A program made the translations under genes and the position numbers. From an uncultured Chloroflexia bacterium (lineage in GTDB: Bacteria > Chloroflexota > UBA6077 > JACCZL01): a stretch of DNA of 64,000 nucleotides. Of this stretch, positions 11,362 to 22,364 are shown piece after piece. Location: positions 448,001 through 512,000 of the forward strand of contig CAVXYC010000020.1 of the NCBI GenBank assembly GCA_963765765.1, read 5' to 3'. Position 1 is the first letter of the stretch. The number at the start of each line of letters is the position of its first letter. The notes under the pieces are model-generated. The model did not search any database and was not told where the DNA came from. It was given only the letters and a program-made list of their open reading frames with translations.

Positions 11362-12794
11362 CTAGTCACGACAGTTCACCGTAAGCTTGAGCTCGTTGTT
11401 GTCCTCGTCCGTCTCGGCGATGGCCTTCCCGGCGTCCACCGTCGCGGCGACCGAGCGCATACCCTGCTTCAGGCGAACGTCCTCAAACCTAACATCCATC
11501 TCTTTGCCCGCTTCCAGGGCGGACACGGACTTCTCCTTGGCCTCTTCGTCCTCGCCATCGATGATAATGCGCACCGCGAAGCCGCCGGCCACCGCCGTGC
11601 CGTCGTTCTTGACCACCGCGGTGACATCGTTCCGGCCCAGCTCGCAGCCGCCGGCGCCACCCGGCGCCCCGCCTCGCACCTGGATCCCTTGGCCGTGAGA
11701 TCGGCGCGCGCCGGGACGCCCGGTCCGGCTTGAGCGGGCGCGGCCGAACCGGGGTCAGCGGCCGACTCGAAGACGGGCAGGCCGCCCGCTTGCCCGCCAA
11801 CCACGGCCAGGCGCGGAGCATACCCGTCGACGTAGACGTTGTTGGTCTCGCTCTGCTCGTTCACGACGCGCCGATCGTCCACCACCACCGAGAGCTGATG
11901 CACTCCCGACTGTGGCAGCGCCGTCTGGACGCATAGCTCCCCGTGCTCGCCCGAACCCAGGCGGCCGGCTTCCGCCCGCCCGAGCGGCTCCAGGACGCGG
12001 TCCAGCCGCAGGAGCACATCGAACGCGCCGGCGTCAACCGGGCCGATGTTCTGCACCGCCATGCACACCAGCTTGTCGGTGCTCCCCGGGGCGTCGAGGA
12101 TTGAAATGTTGGACGGGCGCAAGTCCGGCAGTGGCACCAGGCGTACCTCGTATTCGACCGAGAAGTTCGCCTGATCGCACCCCGTCGATTGCAGCCGCTT
12201 ACAGAAGCCAGAGGCGAGGCTGTCGTAGTCCCGCCAGCCGCGCCGCGTGAACGTCCCGACGCCCCAGCTCGTCCCCTCCGACACGTAGCCGTAGAGGTCG
12301 CCCATCTCGTCGTCGAAGGCTGGATCCTCTTCGGTCGCCTTGATCATCCAGCCGTAGCTGCGCCCGGCGTGCAGCGGGATGCCGAGTGTCGCGCTGATCG
12401 ACTCATCCCTGACCACGTCCGTCGTGGACGGCAGCACCCAGTCCACCGTCGGCGCGTCGCCGCCGCTTGCGAGAATCTGAACGCTCCCGCTCCTGACGAG
12501 GGTGGTCCGCGGAGAGCAGTGGTCGACATCGGTGCTCCCCTCCCCGCACGCCCAGAATTCCGCGGTGAAGAGCATCTCGCCCTCGCCCCAGTCGGAGTCG
12601 TCGTGGATGATGAGCTTCTTGATGACGAGCTGCAGCCGCGCGTCAGGATCGCGGTGGTCGCGCACGATTGGCTCGTCCGCGCGCGCCGGAATTGCGGGCG
12701 CGGCCGCCCCAGGCAGCAGCAGGCCCGCGAGTGCGAGCGCGAAAATCAGGCGTCGAACGGACTGCAATATCCGTGTGCGCGTTCGGCGTGGCAT
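11362..12794 (-). CDS. Secreted protein, acidic beta-domain plus two CARDB domains (paralogue A)
   Basis: MPRR..PARA/DE signal, IHDDSD, PLPDLRP, VVDDRRVVNEQSETNN; final CARDB in ORF 11362..11679 (AETDEDNNEL). Confidence 0.82.
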
Positions 12795-12999
12795 GTCGGG
12801 CTCCTCCGGTTCGTTCTGGACTCGCCCACAGTCTGCGGCGCGGGCGGCTGCGCCACCACCGACACTCGTACAGTTGCCTCACACACTTCCGGGCACAGCC
12901 TCTAGCCATCCCTGGATGACGGTGCTACCATGCCCGCGACCGCCCCTCGACGGCGGAGCGGACTCCAGGGCATGCCGTGCCCACGTGGCGAATATCGAG

Positions 13000-15538
13000 A
13001 TGGACACGCGGATCGACGAGAGCTTTAGCGCGCTGCTCAAGCGCTATCGGGTGGGCGCGGGGCTCTCACAGGAAGCGCTGGCTGAACGGGCGGGCCTGAG
13101 CGTACAGGCGATCAGCGCGCTGGAACGTGGGCTCCGACGGGCACCGTATCGGGATACCGTGCGCGTCCTGGGGGAGGCGCTCGAGCTGCCCGCTGCCGAC
13201 CGAGCAAGCCTCGAGGCGGCGGTGCGGCGACAACGAGGCCCGGCGGCGGGCGCCGGAGTCGACCGTCCGCGAGTCGGCCCGGCGCTCCCGATCCCGCCGA
13301 CCCCATTCCTGGGCCGCGAGCGCGAGGAGGAAGCGATTACCCGCCTGTTGCAACAGGCCGAGGTGCGCCTACTCACGCTGACCGGGCCCGGCGGTGTGGG
13401 CAAGACGCGCCTGGCGCTGCAGGTGGCGGCGGGGATGGACGGCCTCTTTCCGGATGGCGTGGTCCTGGTCCCCCTGGCATCCATCCGCGAGTCGGAGCTC
13501 GTCATACCAGCCATGGCGCAGGCGCTGGGCGTGCAAGAGGCCAGGGGACGCTCCCTCTCGGACAGCCTGGCCGCTAGCCTGCGTGAGAAACGTACACTCC
13601 TGCTCCTGGACAACGTGGAGCAGGTCCTCGACGCGGCACCGGACGTCGCCAGGCTCGTGGCGACCTGCCCCCATCTGACGGTGCTTGCAACTGGACGGGC
13701 GGCGCTCCACCTGCGAGGCGAGCACCGCTTTCCAGTCCCGCCACTGGAGGTACCGCTCGTCGCCTCTTCCGGAGGGATCGACGACCTGGCGCACTACGCG
13801 TCGGTGGAGCTCTTCGTGCAACAAGCCCGCGCGGCACGGCTGGACTTCGCACTCACGGAGGCCAATGCCGCCGCGGTGGGCGCGATCTGCGCGCGGCTGG
13901 AAGGGGCTCCCGCTGGCAATCGAGCTGGCGGCCGCGCAGGTGGTGCTGCTGCCACCAGAGGCGCTGCTGGCGCGCCTGGAGCGCCGGCTGCCGCTGCTGA
14001 CCGATGGGGCCCGGGACTTGCCGGCTCGACAGCAGACGATGCGCGACACGATTGGCTGGAGCTACGAGCTGCTGGACCGGGAGGAGCAGACAGTCTTCCG
14101 ACGCCTGGCCGTCTGCGTCGGCGGCGGCGGTCTGGAAGCCGCTGAAGCGATCGTCTGCCGGCCCGATGGGTCGGATTCGGAGCGCGGTGGCACGGTCAGC
14201 CAGCTGCTCTCCCTCGCGGACAAGACATTGGTGGCGTTCGACAGCGGGTCGGCTAATGGAGAGGCAGACCAGAGCGCGGAGCCGCGCGTGACGATGCTGG
14301 AAACCGTGCGTGAGTACGGCCTGGAGCAGCTAGCCGCGTGCGACGAGGCGGGGTGGGCGCGGCGCCAGCACGCCCGGTACTACCTGGCCATGACCGAGGC
14401 AGCCGAGCCCGAGCTGACGGGACCACGGCAACGGACGTGGCTTGCCCGTCTGGAGCGAGACCACGGCAACCTGCGAGCAGCCCTGCAGTGGGCGCGGGAA
14501 AACCGAGAGCACACGATCGGGCTACGGCTGGCCGGGGCGCTGTGGCGCTTCTGGGAGGTGCGCGGCTACTGGACGGAAGGCCGCGCCACGCTCGAGGAGC
14601 TGCTTGCCGCGGCGGTCGACGGCGAGGCGACGCTGCACACCGAATGGCGGGCCAAGGCGATGCAGGGCGCGGGAGTGCTGGCTTTCCAGCAGGGCGACTA
14701 CGCGGCCGCTCGCTTCGCCCTGGAAGGGAGCATCGCTATTTACCGCGAGCTGGGTGGCCGCGCGGGGATGGCCTGGTCACTCATCTACCTGGGCTGGCTC
14801 GCCAACGACAGCGGCGATCCGGCCCGCGCCTCGGCACTGTTAGAAGAGAGCCTCGCGCTCTGCCGAGCCGCCGGTGATCAGTTCGGCGCGGCGTGGTCGC
14901 TGGTGAGGCTGGGACTGGTCAAGCTGTTCCAGCGCGACTATGAGGCCGCCCGCCCGGCGCTGAGCGAGAGTCTGGTGATCGCGCGCACACTCGGCGACCG
15001 GATGGTGACGGCCTGGGCGCTGCATTGGCTGGCGTCCGCACTCGTATGGAGCGGCGCGGGCACGATGGATGAGGTGCGTCGACTCGAAACGGAGAGCCTG
15101 GAGCTCTGGGAGGAGCTGGGCGATCGACGGAATAGCAGCTATTCGATGGCGATCCTGGCAGGCGTCACCTATGCCGAAGGTGATCTCGCCGCGACGTACG
15201 AGTACCTGCGCGAGGCGCTGCATCGATCGTACGAGGTTGGGGACAAGCTAGGCGTAATGACGGTGCTCACCCAGCTTGCCGCTCTGGCGGCGGCGCAGAG
15301 ACAGTACGAGCGGGCGGTGCGGCTGGAGGGTGCGCTCGCGGCCCTGCACGAAGCGAGCGGGCTGCCGCCACACGCGGTGTTCCGAATTTACTTCGATCGA
15401 GAGCTTCCGGCCGCGCACCAAGCGCTCGGGGAAACCGGTACCGCGGCCGCGTGGCAAGCAGGCCATTCGATGTCATCGGAGCAAGTCATTGCTTATGCCA
15501 TCGAGGGCTACCGTCTATCGGGTACATCCTCGGGGTGA
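13000..15538 (+). CDS. XRE-HTH + STAND (NB-ARC-like) ATPase + TPR regulator (frameshift near 13905)
   Basis: FSALLKRYRVGAGLSQEALAERAGLS HTH; LTGPGGVGKTRLA P-loop; LLLLDNVE Walker B; GLPLAIELAA motif; C-terminal TPR-like helices. Confidence 0.9.
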
Positions 15539-15828
15539 GCGGCAGCGAGGAGCAAAACGGCCGCGGCTGGATCGGGCATTTCGCCCATACCAGCCGACCG
15601 AGTCTCCTCCGTGGATTGCGCCCGTGGCACCCCCTGCATCGCGCACGGCTCGAGTGTACTCATTGGCAGCTATTGTCAAGATGTCAGCCTATCTTAGCCT
15701 GGCCGCAGCGCGACGCTGCCGGAGCGTAGCGCCGGAGAATGTCTACCGATTGACGTCGTGGGGCACGATGGCCCGATACAGATTGTGGCACTCGCCGTCC
15801 CAGGCGAATCCCGCCATAATAGGCGTCT

Positions 15829-17028
15829 ATGTCAGTTCCTTGGGTTCGCATTGTCTTCGTCATGTTGCTGTCGTCAAGCAGCAACGTCGCCGGTATTCTG
15901 GTCCCTCCGTATCTCCAGGGACTCGGTTACGACTACACCGCGATTGGCCTGTTAGTCGCCATCACCGCGGTGGCGCAACTGTGCTCACGGTTCCCTGCTG
16001 GTGCCCTTTATCGACCGGATCGGGCCCGCCGCATCACGGCGGTCTGCATCGTGGTGATAGCCATCAACTATCTGGTTTATCCGCTGGCACATAGCCCCCT
16101 CACCTTTGCCCTGGTGCAGATCATCGCCGGTCTGGCCAACGGCGTCGCCACGACGACGAATCTGGCGATGTACATGGATGCGCTGCCGGCCGATACACCG
16201 AAACACCGCCCGATGGCCTTCTATGCGGGCGCGTTGGCCGGCGGATTCACCCTGGGCAACCTGGTGGGCGGCCTGGCGGGCGATTTCCTGGGAGTGACCC
16301 AGGCGTTCATGATCGCTTCAGCCACAACCCTCGGCTCACTCATCTTCCTCGGGCTGGACCATCCTCATCTAGTCCGCGCAGCGAGCCCCGCGAGGAACCG
16401 TGAGCCGGTGCCGCTGCGCGAGCGTCTCGCTGTCACGCTTGCCGGCTTTACCGAGCCACGGCTCGTGGGGATCTCTGGAGTGGCGTTCCTGCTGAACTTC
16501 CTCCACACCATTGTCAACACCTTCTTGCCGCTGTACGGGATCGCGATTGGCCTGTCGCTGTCGGAGATCGGCCTGCTGAAAAGCGTCCACTCACTGGTGA
16601 ACGCCATAGCGCGACCGATCGCAAGCGCGCCGGTTCGCGCCCTCGGCGCGCGACGAGCATCACTCATCGGCGTTGTGGCGCTGGCGGCGATGGACACCCT
16701 CGTCCCTTTCCAGACGACCTTCATCCTGCTGGCCATCGTGCTTGCCGGCGTGGGCCTGATGCGGGCCATCGCACTGGTGGGCAACACGGTGGAGCTTGCC
16801 GATATCGACCACACGCGGATCAGCCGAGGCATGGCATCCAGCCTCTATAACTCCTGCCAGGATGTAGGCAGCCTCTCCGGCCCGGCGCTGTGTGGCGCGC
16901 TCGCGTCGGTCATCGGTCTGACCACCATGATGACGATCGTACCGCTGGGGTCCACCGCGCTGTTTTTCGTGGTGCTCTTCGGAGTCTTTCGAAAGGCGCA
17001 TCACGAGCCCGTTGCCACCACGTCATGA
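15829..17028 (+). CDS. MFS transporter
   Basis: 399 aa, about 12 hydrophobic segments in two halves. Confidence 0.85.
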   Translation: MSVPWVRIVFVMLLSSSSNVAGILVPPYLQGLGYDYTAIGLLVAITAVAQLCSRFPAGALYRPDRARRITAVCIVVIAINYLVYPLAHSPLTFALVQIIAGLANGVATTTNLAMYMDALPADTPKHRPMAFYAGALAGGFTLGNLVGGLAGDFLGVTQAFMIASATTLGSLIFLGLDHPHLVRAASPARNREPVPLRERLAVTLAGFTEPRLVGISGVAFLLNFLHTIVNTFLPLYGIAIGLSLSEIGLLKSVHSLVNAIARPIASAPVRALGARRASLIGVVALAAMDTLVPFQTTFILLAIVLAGVGLMRAIALVGNTVELADIDHTRISRGMASSLYNSCQDVGSLSGPALCGALASVIGLTTMMTIVPLGSTALFFVVLFGVFRKAHHEPVATTS

Positions 17029-17127
17029 TCCTTGCGTGAGTGCCGCGAGCAATTTCGATGCGCGACCTCTTTCAATAGAGGAAGCTCGGCGGCTCCCCAT
17101 CACGGTCCGGGGACACCGCTATGGTGT

Positions 17128-17330
17128 GCGTTCTGGACCTTCTTGGTAGGCACAGGCTTCAGGTTCGGTGAAGCGGCCCGGACTCTCATGAGATGCCGTG
17201 GACCTCGCGGTGGGCGTCCTGGCCATAAAGCAAGCGGCCGTCAGAGCTCGAAAGGATGGCAGTATCCATGAGCAGCTCGCGCCGAGCCAAGACGGCTGCG
17301 AGGGTGCGGACACTGCCATTTCGCTTGGCT
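17128..17330 (+). pseudogene. Degraded tyrosine-integrase fragment related to 30209..31460
   Basis: AFWTFLVGTGFRFGEAA..DLAVGVLAIKQAAVR..KTAARVRTLP aligns with AFWTFLVGTG(C)RFGEAA..DLAAGVVSIQQAAVR..KTAASVRTLP of the integrase. Confidence 0.85.
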
Positions 17331-17520
17331 GGAAAGGACGCGTCGTACAGACGGCTCTCTACGCTATGCGCTGGGCGTGCACATAGGGGCGCTCTTCTCC
17401 GAGCTGAGCGCCCCTATGGATTTCGAGATCGGCACCCAGCGGCACTGCCCGGCGTGAACTGGGTGACCGGTGAGGTGGGGCTCCGGTAGCAGAAGACGCC
17501 CGGATGCGCCTGCTCTGGAT

Positions 17521-18981
17521 TCAAGCGCGGCCTTTAAACGCCCGCGCCATCTCGCGCGTGATTTCTAGGTAGCGCGTGCCATAGCCTCGGGCCGGCTCAA
17601 TTTGGGTTCCCTCCAGCCACTCGTTCCAGCTCGTGATCATCACCCAAGTGGGCTCCGACTGAATCGCCCCGCGGAAGGTCGCCCGGTAATACCCGCCATC
17701 CGCGCGATCGACCGCGAAGGCATCAGAACGCCCGGGAATCAGGCGGTCGTCATAGCCTGGCATCGCCGTCGCCGCCCACAGTTTGCGCGCTCCGTTAGTT
17801 GTATTGAAAGCCCGAACCTTCTCGGAGTAACTGCGGAGCTGTTTCGATGGGTCGGGGCTCCAGGCAATCGAGTAGGGAAAGATGCCATCAAAGACTTCGA
17901 GCAGCGGGAAGTAATCGCCTTCCGCGATCCAGAGGGCACGCCGCTCGGGGTCCGCGTCCCGAATTAACGCGGCCCAGGCATCGATCGCCGCGCGGCTTTT
18001 GTCGTTTACCCGGTTCCCATCTTCGCCGAACGCCGTGTACGGGTGCCAGACCAGGATCACGGGTCGGCCGTCAACGCGCAGGTAGGCCGGGTGCTCCGCA
18101 TGTATATGCAGGAAGTGCTTCAACGCCGCGACCATCGCGGCTCTATCCGGGAACCAGTCGACACTGTCGGTTTCCAGGAGCAGGGCGGCGCGCATCCCTG
18201 CACGCTCCGCGGAGGAAAGCAGGCTTTGGAAATTCCTCTCCGTAGGGTTGTTTTTCATTGGGCCGTACCAGGCTTGCGCCAGGACATCGATGCCCGCTTC
18301 CTTGGCCAAGCCAACCTGTCGCTGGATTCCTGCCGGGTCATCCGACCAGCTCGGAATCATGGGTAGGTCGGCCGTCATGCCGCTCGTCCAGGTCGCCTGG
18401 TCGAACCAGGCATAGTACAGCGCGACAACGAGGCGTTGGTCCAGAGGAGCACCTTGCGGCTCGAACGCGTACGGAGTGCAATTGACACCGTCCGGGGCCG
18501 GCCCGACGCGCCGTTCGGGGACCGCGGCCACACCCACGTCCTGGGCATCGACCCACACCTCTTCCTGTCGCGCGGGGTTGAAGACGTGGAGCCGCGCATC
18601 AGTTTGCGGGTCAAGTACCTGGAAGGCGCAGTACTGCGCCTCGGTTGTGCCGAGACTCGTCGCACCCGGTTGGCTGGCCGGGCCATTCCACAGATCGGTG
18701 AGCCGATGGTTCTCCACCCAGTAGTACGCGAAGCTCGCCGTTACCGTAGGTGTCGCCGTTGGAGCGGGTGTCGCCGTCCGTACCGGCGCGACCGTCCGAA
18801 CTGGCGTCGCCGTCCGAACGGGTGTCGGCGCGGCCGCGACGACCGTGTCTGGCGAAGGCGAGGACGCCGCCGACGATGCCTCCTCCGCAAGAAGCCCGAA
18901 GCCGCCCAGGAGGATAGACAGGCCAAGGACGCATGTCCTGATGCACCAGGAGGGACGAGTAGGCGATGACGATACGCTCAT
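17521..18981 (-). CDS. Secreted glycoside hydrolase, GH99/GH71-like
   Basis: Signal peptide, TPVRTA linker repeats, ALYYAWF, AKEAGID, VDGRPV, MPGYDD, ITSWNEWLEGTQIEP. Confidence 0.8.
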   Translation of the reverse strand: MSVSSSPTRPSWCIRTCVLGLSILLGGFGLLAEEASSAASSPSPDTVVAAAPTPVRTATPVRTVAPVRTATPAPTATPTVTASFAYYWVENHRLTDLWNGPASQPGATSLGTTEAQYCAFQVLDPQTDARLHVFNPARQEEVWVDAQDVGVAAVPERRVGPAPDGVNCTPYAFEPQGAPLDQRLVVALYYAWFDQATWTSGMTADLPMIPSWSDDPAGIQRQVGLAKEAGIDVLAQAWYGPMKNNPTERNFQSLLSSAERAGMRAALLLETDSVDWFPDRAAMVAALKHFLHIHAEHPAYLRVDGRPVILVWHPYTAFGEDGNRVNDKSRAAIDAWAALIRDADPERRALWIAEGDYFPLLEVFDGIFPYSIAWSPDPSKQLRSYSEKVRAFNTTNGARKLWAATAMPGYDDRLIPGRSDAFAVDRADGGYYRATFRGAIQSEPTWVMITSWNEWLEGTQIEPARGYGTRYLEITREMARAFKGRA

Positions 18982-19274
18982 AGTGTCACACCGAATAACG
19001 ACGCGGACATCGGCGTGGTCGCGGATTACTTACTGATGCGAGCTCGCAAAGGGGATCGAATGACCCGCGGCCGGTGACGTCCAGTCGGAAGTACGGCGGG
19101 TTCCAGCCATCGCCGGCGTAGCGGGGCGCGTGAGGAACCGGACCTGATTCTCCCGATCGCCTCCGCCCGAGCCGAGAACGGACATAAGTAAGCGGCTCCG
19201 GTGGCACCCCGGAGCCGCTTCACCACTGGTGCGTGCTGATAATGGGTGCCTCCATAGACTTGAACCAACGTCAC

Positions 19275-20229
19275 TCAAGTGTCGAGCGAATGGACGGCGA
19301 GATCGGCGAGTTCCCTCACCAGAGCGAGCATGCGGCCCGAACCCGGCTCAAACAGAGAATACTTGGTTCGCCCGGGCTCCAGTACCAACATCCTTGGAAG
19401 AATTTCCTCGAGCTGGGACTTGTAGCCATCCAGGCTCATGGGCAATGTTTGGTCCAACTCGTCAGGTAGATCCTCGATCTCGTAGTGCGTCGGATTGAAA
19501 ACTGGAAGGCTGTCGATCTCAGACCAGACGAAGTGTCTGATCTCGAACAGAATCCCGGTTGCTAGCCAAAGAGCCGTGCGAAGATGCCGCAGACGGAGCC
19601 GTGCCGAGCCTGGACTAAAAATGGCGCCACGATCTCGGCGCGGCCCCAGTTCCCCAACGGAAACGAGTGAGAATTCCCCCTTGGGCAGTTCAATACTGTA
19701 ATTCGGCCGGGCCTCTGCAAAAAGCGACCCTAAGCTCGGCTCGTCGGGCGGGCCTACAAACATGAGCCCAGGAAGCTTAATTCCTCCCATGGGGCTGTAG
19801 CTTCGGCACAACCGCAACCGCGATGGAGTAAATCACGGTCCGACGGAGCGATTGCCAGAGCGTTGTCTCTACACGTTGCGCGAAGGCCATCGGCGGCTCG
19901 CCCGTAGTGAACCATTGCCTCGCGAGCCCAGCAAGCGTCTGCATCGCCTCGCCTCGCGGGTCAGTACTTCCAAACGCTTCTCTGACCGCAGAATCATTGG
20001 AGATGACGTCAAGCAGGTGGCGCGAATCGTCCGATGACCAGAGTCTTGCACCCTTTTCACTGCCGCGCCATATTCTCCTTGGGGCCTCCCCAGGATTTCG
20101 CAGGTCTGTTTCGAGCGCCGCCCAATCCGAGAATTCGAACTGGAGCAAGGAGAGGAAAGCAGCCAGATGTTCCGAAAATGCAGTCACCGCAATTTTTCCA
20201 ACTATTTCAGCAGCGAGCCCCTTCTCCAA
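19275..20229 (-). CDS. Hypothetical island protein (two ORFs, probably one frameshifted or truncated gene)
   Basis: Overlapping same-strand ORFs 19777..20229 and 19275..19817; no firm motif. Confidence 0.4.
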
Positions 20230-20271
20230 GCGTGTGCAGGCCTGGGCATAGCGAACCCGAGCGAGTCAGAC

Positions 20272-20295
20272 CGTTGCTACCCGCGTTGCTACCCG
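20272..20295 (+). repeat. Tandem 12-bp repeat CGTTGCTACCCG x2 (arm-type site candidate)
   Basis: Ends 41 bp before the att copy at 20336, the same offset as the repeat at 37214..37235. Confidence 0.6.
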
Positions 20296-20335
20296 GAGCA
20301 GAAAAACAACTCGATCTGATCTCACATCGGGGTCA

Positions 20336-20356
20336 ATGGTGCCAAGCGGCAGAATC
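20336..20356 (+). repeat. att direct repeat (copy of tRNA-Phe 3' end)
   Basis: ATGGTGCCAAGCGGCAGAATC versus ATGGTGCCAAGGGGCAGAATC at 37276..37296 (20/21 identical). Confidence 0.85.
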
Positions 20357-20438
20357 AGCCAAACCCCTGCATCAGTACGCACCGGTGCGCCCCAGCCGGC
20401 GACGCGAGGGTCTTCGCACTTGTCGTTGTCCTCGATAA

Positions 20439-20951
20439 TCACCCAGAGGGTCCCCTGAACGATCGTATCGCCGGCTGGGGAATGCCATTACTTTCGGCCT
20501 TAAATAGCTCCACCGCGAAGGTCTCCGGGTCTTCGCACTCGTCGTCATCCGCGATCGGGAGTGTGATGGCCTGCTTGATGGTGGCCGGCATAGGCACCAC
20601 CGAAAATGCGATCCCGCAACCCCACTCGGGGCACTGGTAGTAGTCGAGGTTCGGGGTGGCCGTGCCGCGGGTTGTGCGGTAGTAGAAGTTGATCTGGCCA
20701 CGGATGCCGGACGCCTGCATCCGCACGACCGCGCCCGGGTCGCCGAACTTCGGGAAGGTGTTCGCCGTGCCCGCGCCCTCCTTCACCCGCACCACCCCGT
20801 CATCGTCCTCGAACCCGAAGGTCAGCCCCGTCGGCTGGCCGAGCGGCTCCGAGCGCGCACTGCCGCCGAGCCCGAGGCCGGCCAAGCCCACGGCGACCAC
20901 GAGCCCGCCGCGGAGCAGTCGACGCTGCATTATGCGAGTGGTGCCATGCAT
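20439..20951 (-). CDS. Secreted Calx-beta domain protein
   Basis: Signal peptide, V.EGAG, GTATPNLDY, ITLPIADDDECEDPETFAVEL. Confidence 0.75.
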   Translation of the reverse strand: MHGTTRIMQRRLLRGGLVVAVGLAGLGLGGSARSEPLGQPTGLTFGFEDDDGVVRVKEGAGTANTFPKFGDPGAVVRMQASGIRGQINFYYRTTRGTATPNLDYYQCPEWGCGIAFSVVPMPATIKQAITLPIADDDECEDPETFAVELFKAESNGIPQPAIRSFRGPSG

Positions 20952-21321
20952 CGGAGGCCTCCAAAGAACAATTCGGAGCCACGATCCCGGCCGATACGCG
21001 GAGGGTATCGACGATCCGTCAGTCGGATAGGTCCGAGCACGCGACGCTCGTTACGGCCTCGGACTTTCGCCGCCGCGAACTGCCCACTCGCGAAGTCATT
21101 CGAGAACGCAGCAGCCCGCATCCGAATCACCAGCTGGGATGCGCGGACCCTCAGAGTTCCACAGGTTCATCGCGCGCGGGGGAGTGTCAACCGGCCCGTG
21201 TGAGAGCCCGCCCGAACGTCTGATCCCCTGCTCCGAGCCCCCCACGCGCCTCTCGTGCGGCTACGACGCGCTGGTGAAGATCTGCGGGCTATCGGCTGTA
21301 ACGGGGTCAGTCGAGCGGAAC

Positions 21322-21543
21322 CTACGCCTCATCGGCGAGATCCAACCCACGTTCTGCCAACGCCTCGCGCAGCTGGCGGATGGCTTTTGGCCCCATGCCG
21401 TGCATCTTTTTCAGGTCGGACTCCTTTAGCCTCGCAACCTGATCAAGGCCAGTCACTCCAGCATGCGCCAGAGCGCGCCGGGCCGGACTGGCGAGCGTCG
21501 CGGGCAGATCTCCACTTCCGCTCTGCGTTGCTTCGCCACTCAT
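21322..21543 (-). CDS. Small helix-hairpin-helix DNA-binding protein (RNAP alpha-CTD-like)
   Basis: PARRALAHAGVTGLDQVARLKESDLKKMHGMGPKAIRQL; RBS AAGGA. Confidence 0.8.
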   Translation of the reverse strand: MSGEATQSGSGDLPATLASPARRALAHAGVTGLDQVARLKESDLKKMHGMGPKAIRQLREALAERGLDLADEA

Positions 21544-21618
21544 GTGCAGTCCTTCATTTCAACATGGAAGAGCCTGCCCGGATCCGCTGTTCCGGGGCGT
21601 TCGAGGGTGCCCCGTGAG

Positions 21619-21834
21619 TCACCTGGGCGATTGCAGCACCACGGGTGTGAGGTTCCTTGGGGTGAGCCCGTCCTCCATCTCGATCTTTACGTAGGTGATG
21701 GTCTGGTCCGCCGCGGGGGTGGGTGTCGCGGTCGTGAGCGCCTTCTCCTCGGCCGAGCTGGGCGTGTAGTTCAGGATCGCGAGCCCCAGCGCCAGAGCAT
21801 TCACGAAGCCGATCAGCCAGTGTCGTGCATCCAT
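21619..21834 (-). CDS. Small secreted or membrane-anchored protein
   Basis: RBS GGAGG, hydrophobic N-terminus, TATPTP linker. Confidence 0.55.
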   Translation of the reverse strand: MDARHWLIGFVNALALGLAILNYTPSSAEEKALTTATPTPAADQTITYVKIEMEDGLTPRNLTPVVLQSPR

Positions 21835-22364
21835 GATGGTCCTCCGCTTCGTTCGTTCGTGCCTTCAGGCTACCGCTGGCGGGGACGGGGCGCTGTCAAC
21901 TGGGCGACAGTGCCGGTGTGCATCTGGCGACACGCTGCGTCTTCGAGTGGATCACGCTGAGGTGACCGGCAGGATTAACTCCGGCCCCTGACCCTTCGCG
22001 CTGTTCACCTTCTTCGAGACCGGGAACGCCTGCATGGACTCGGCCGGGTAGGGCATCAGCATGGTCAGCGCTTCGGCCGTATCGGTCATCTTCGGATCCA
22101 GCCAGACGTCTTCCAAGGGTCATCGGGATGTTCAACTAACTGCTGGCACCCATCATCGAAACCGCCTAGCAGCTCAGGCAGGGTGCACATTGTTGCAGGA
22201 TTGCACATAGACATTCCGCCAACATCGTGAGAGTCTTAAACGACACCCTTAAGACCAACTAAGTACACGACAGTCAAGTCAAGAGCGCCCCGCTGGCTGT
22301 AGTGTTGGGGCTCTTCGGTGGGTAGCGGTGCGGAGAGCTCGCGAAAACGCTAGGGCCCCGCTCC

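Noticed and set aside
12850-12900. ACACT/ACAGT repeats as an operator for the STAND regulator
   Set aside because: Too short and irregular to support without comparative data.
6334-12905. Long plus-strand ORFs (7064..8497, 9115..10884 and others)
   Set aside because: Antisense shadows of the GC-rich CARDB genes.
18750-18835. 18-nt tandem repeats
   Set aside because: They encode the TPVRTA linker of the glycoside hydrolase.
20939-20946. TGGTGCCA match to the tRNA-Phe end
   Set aside because: Only 8 bp; expected by chance.
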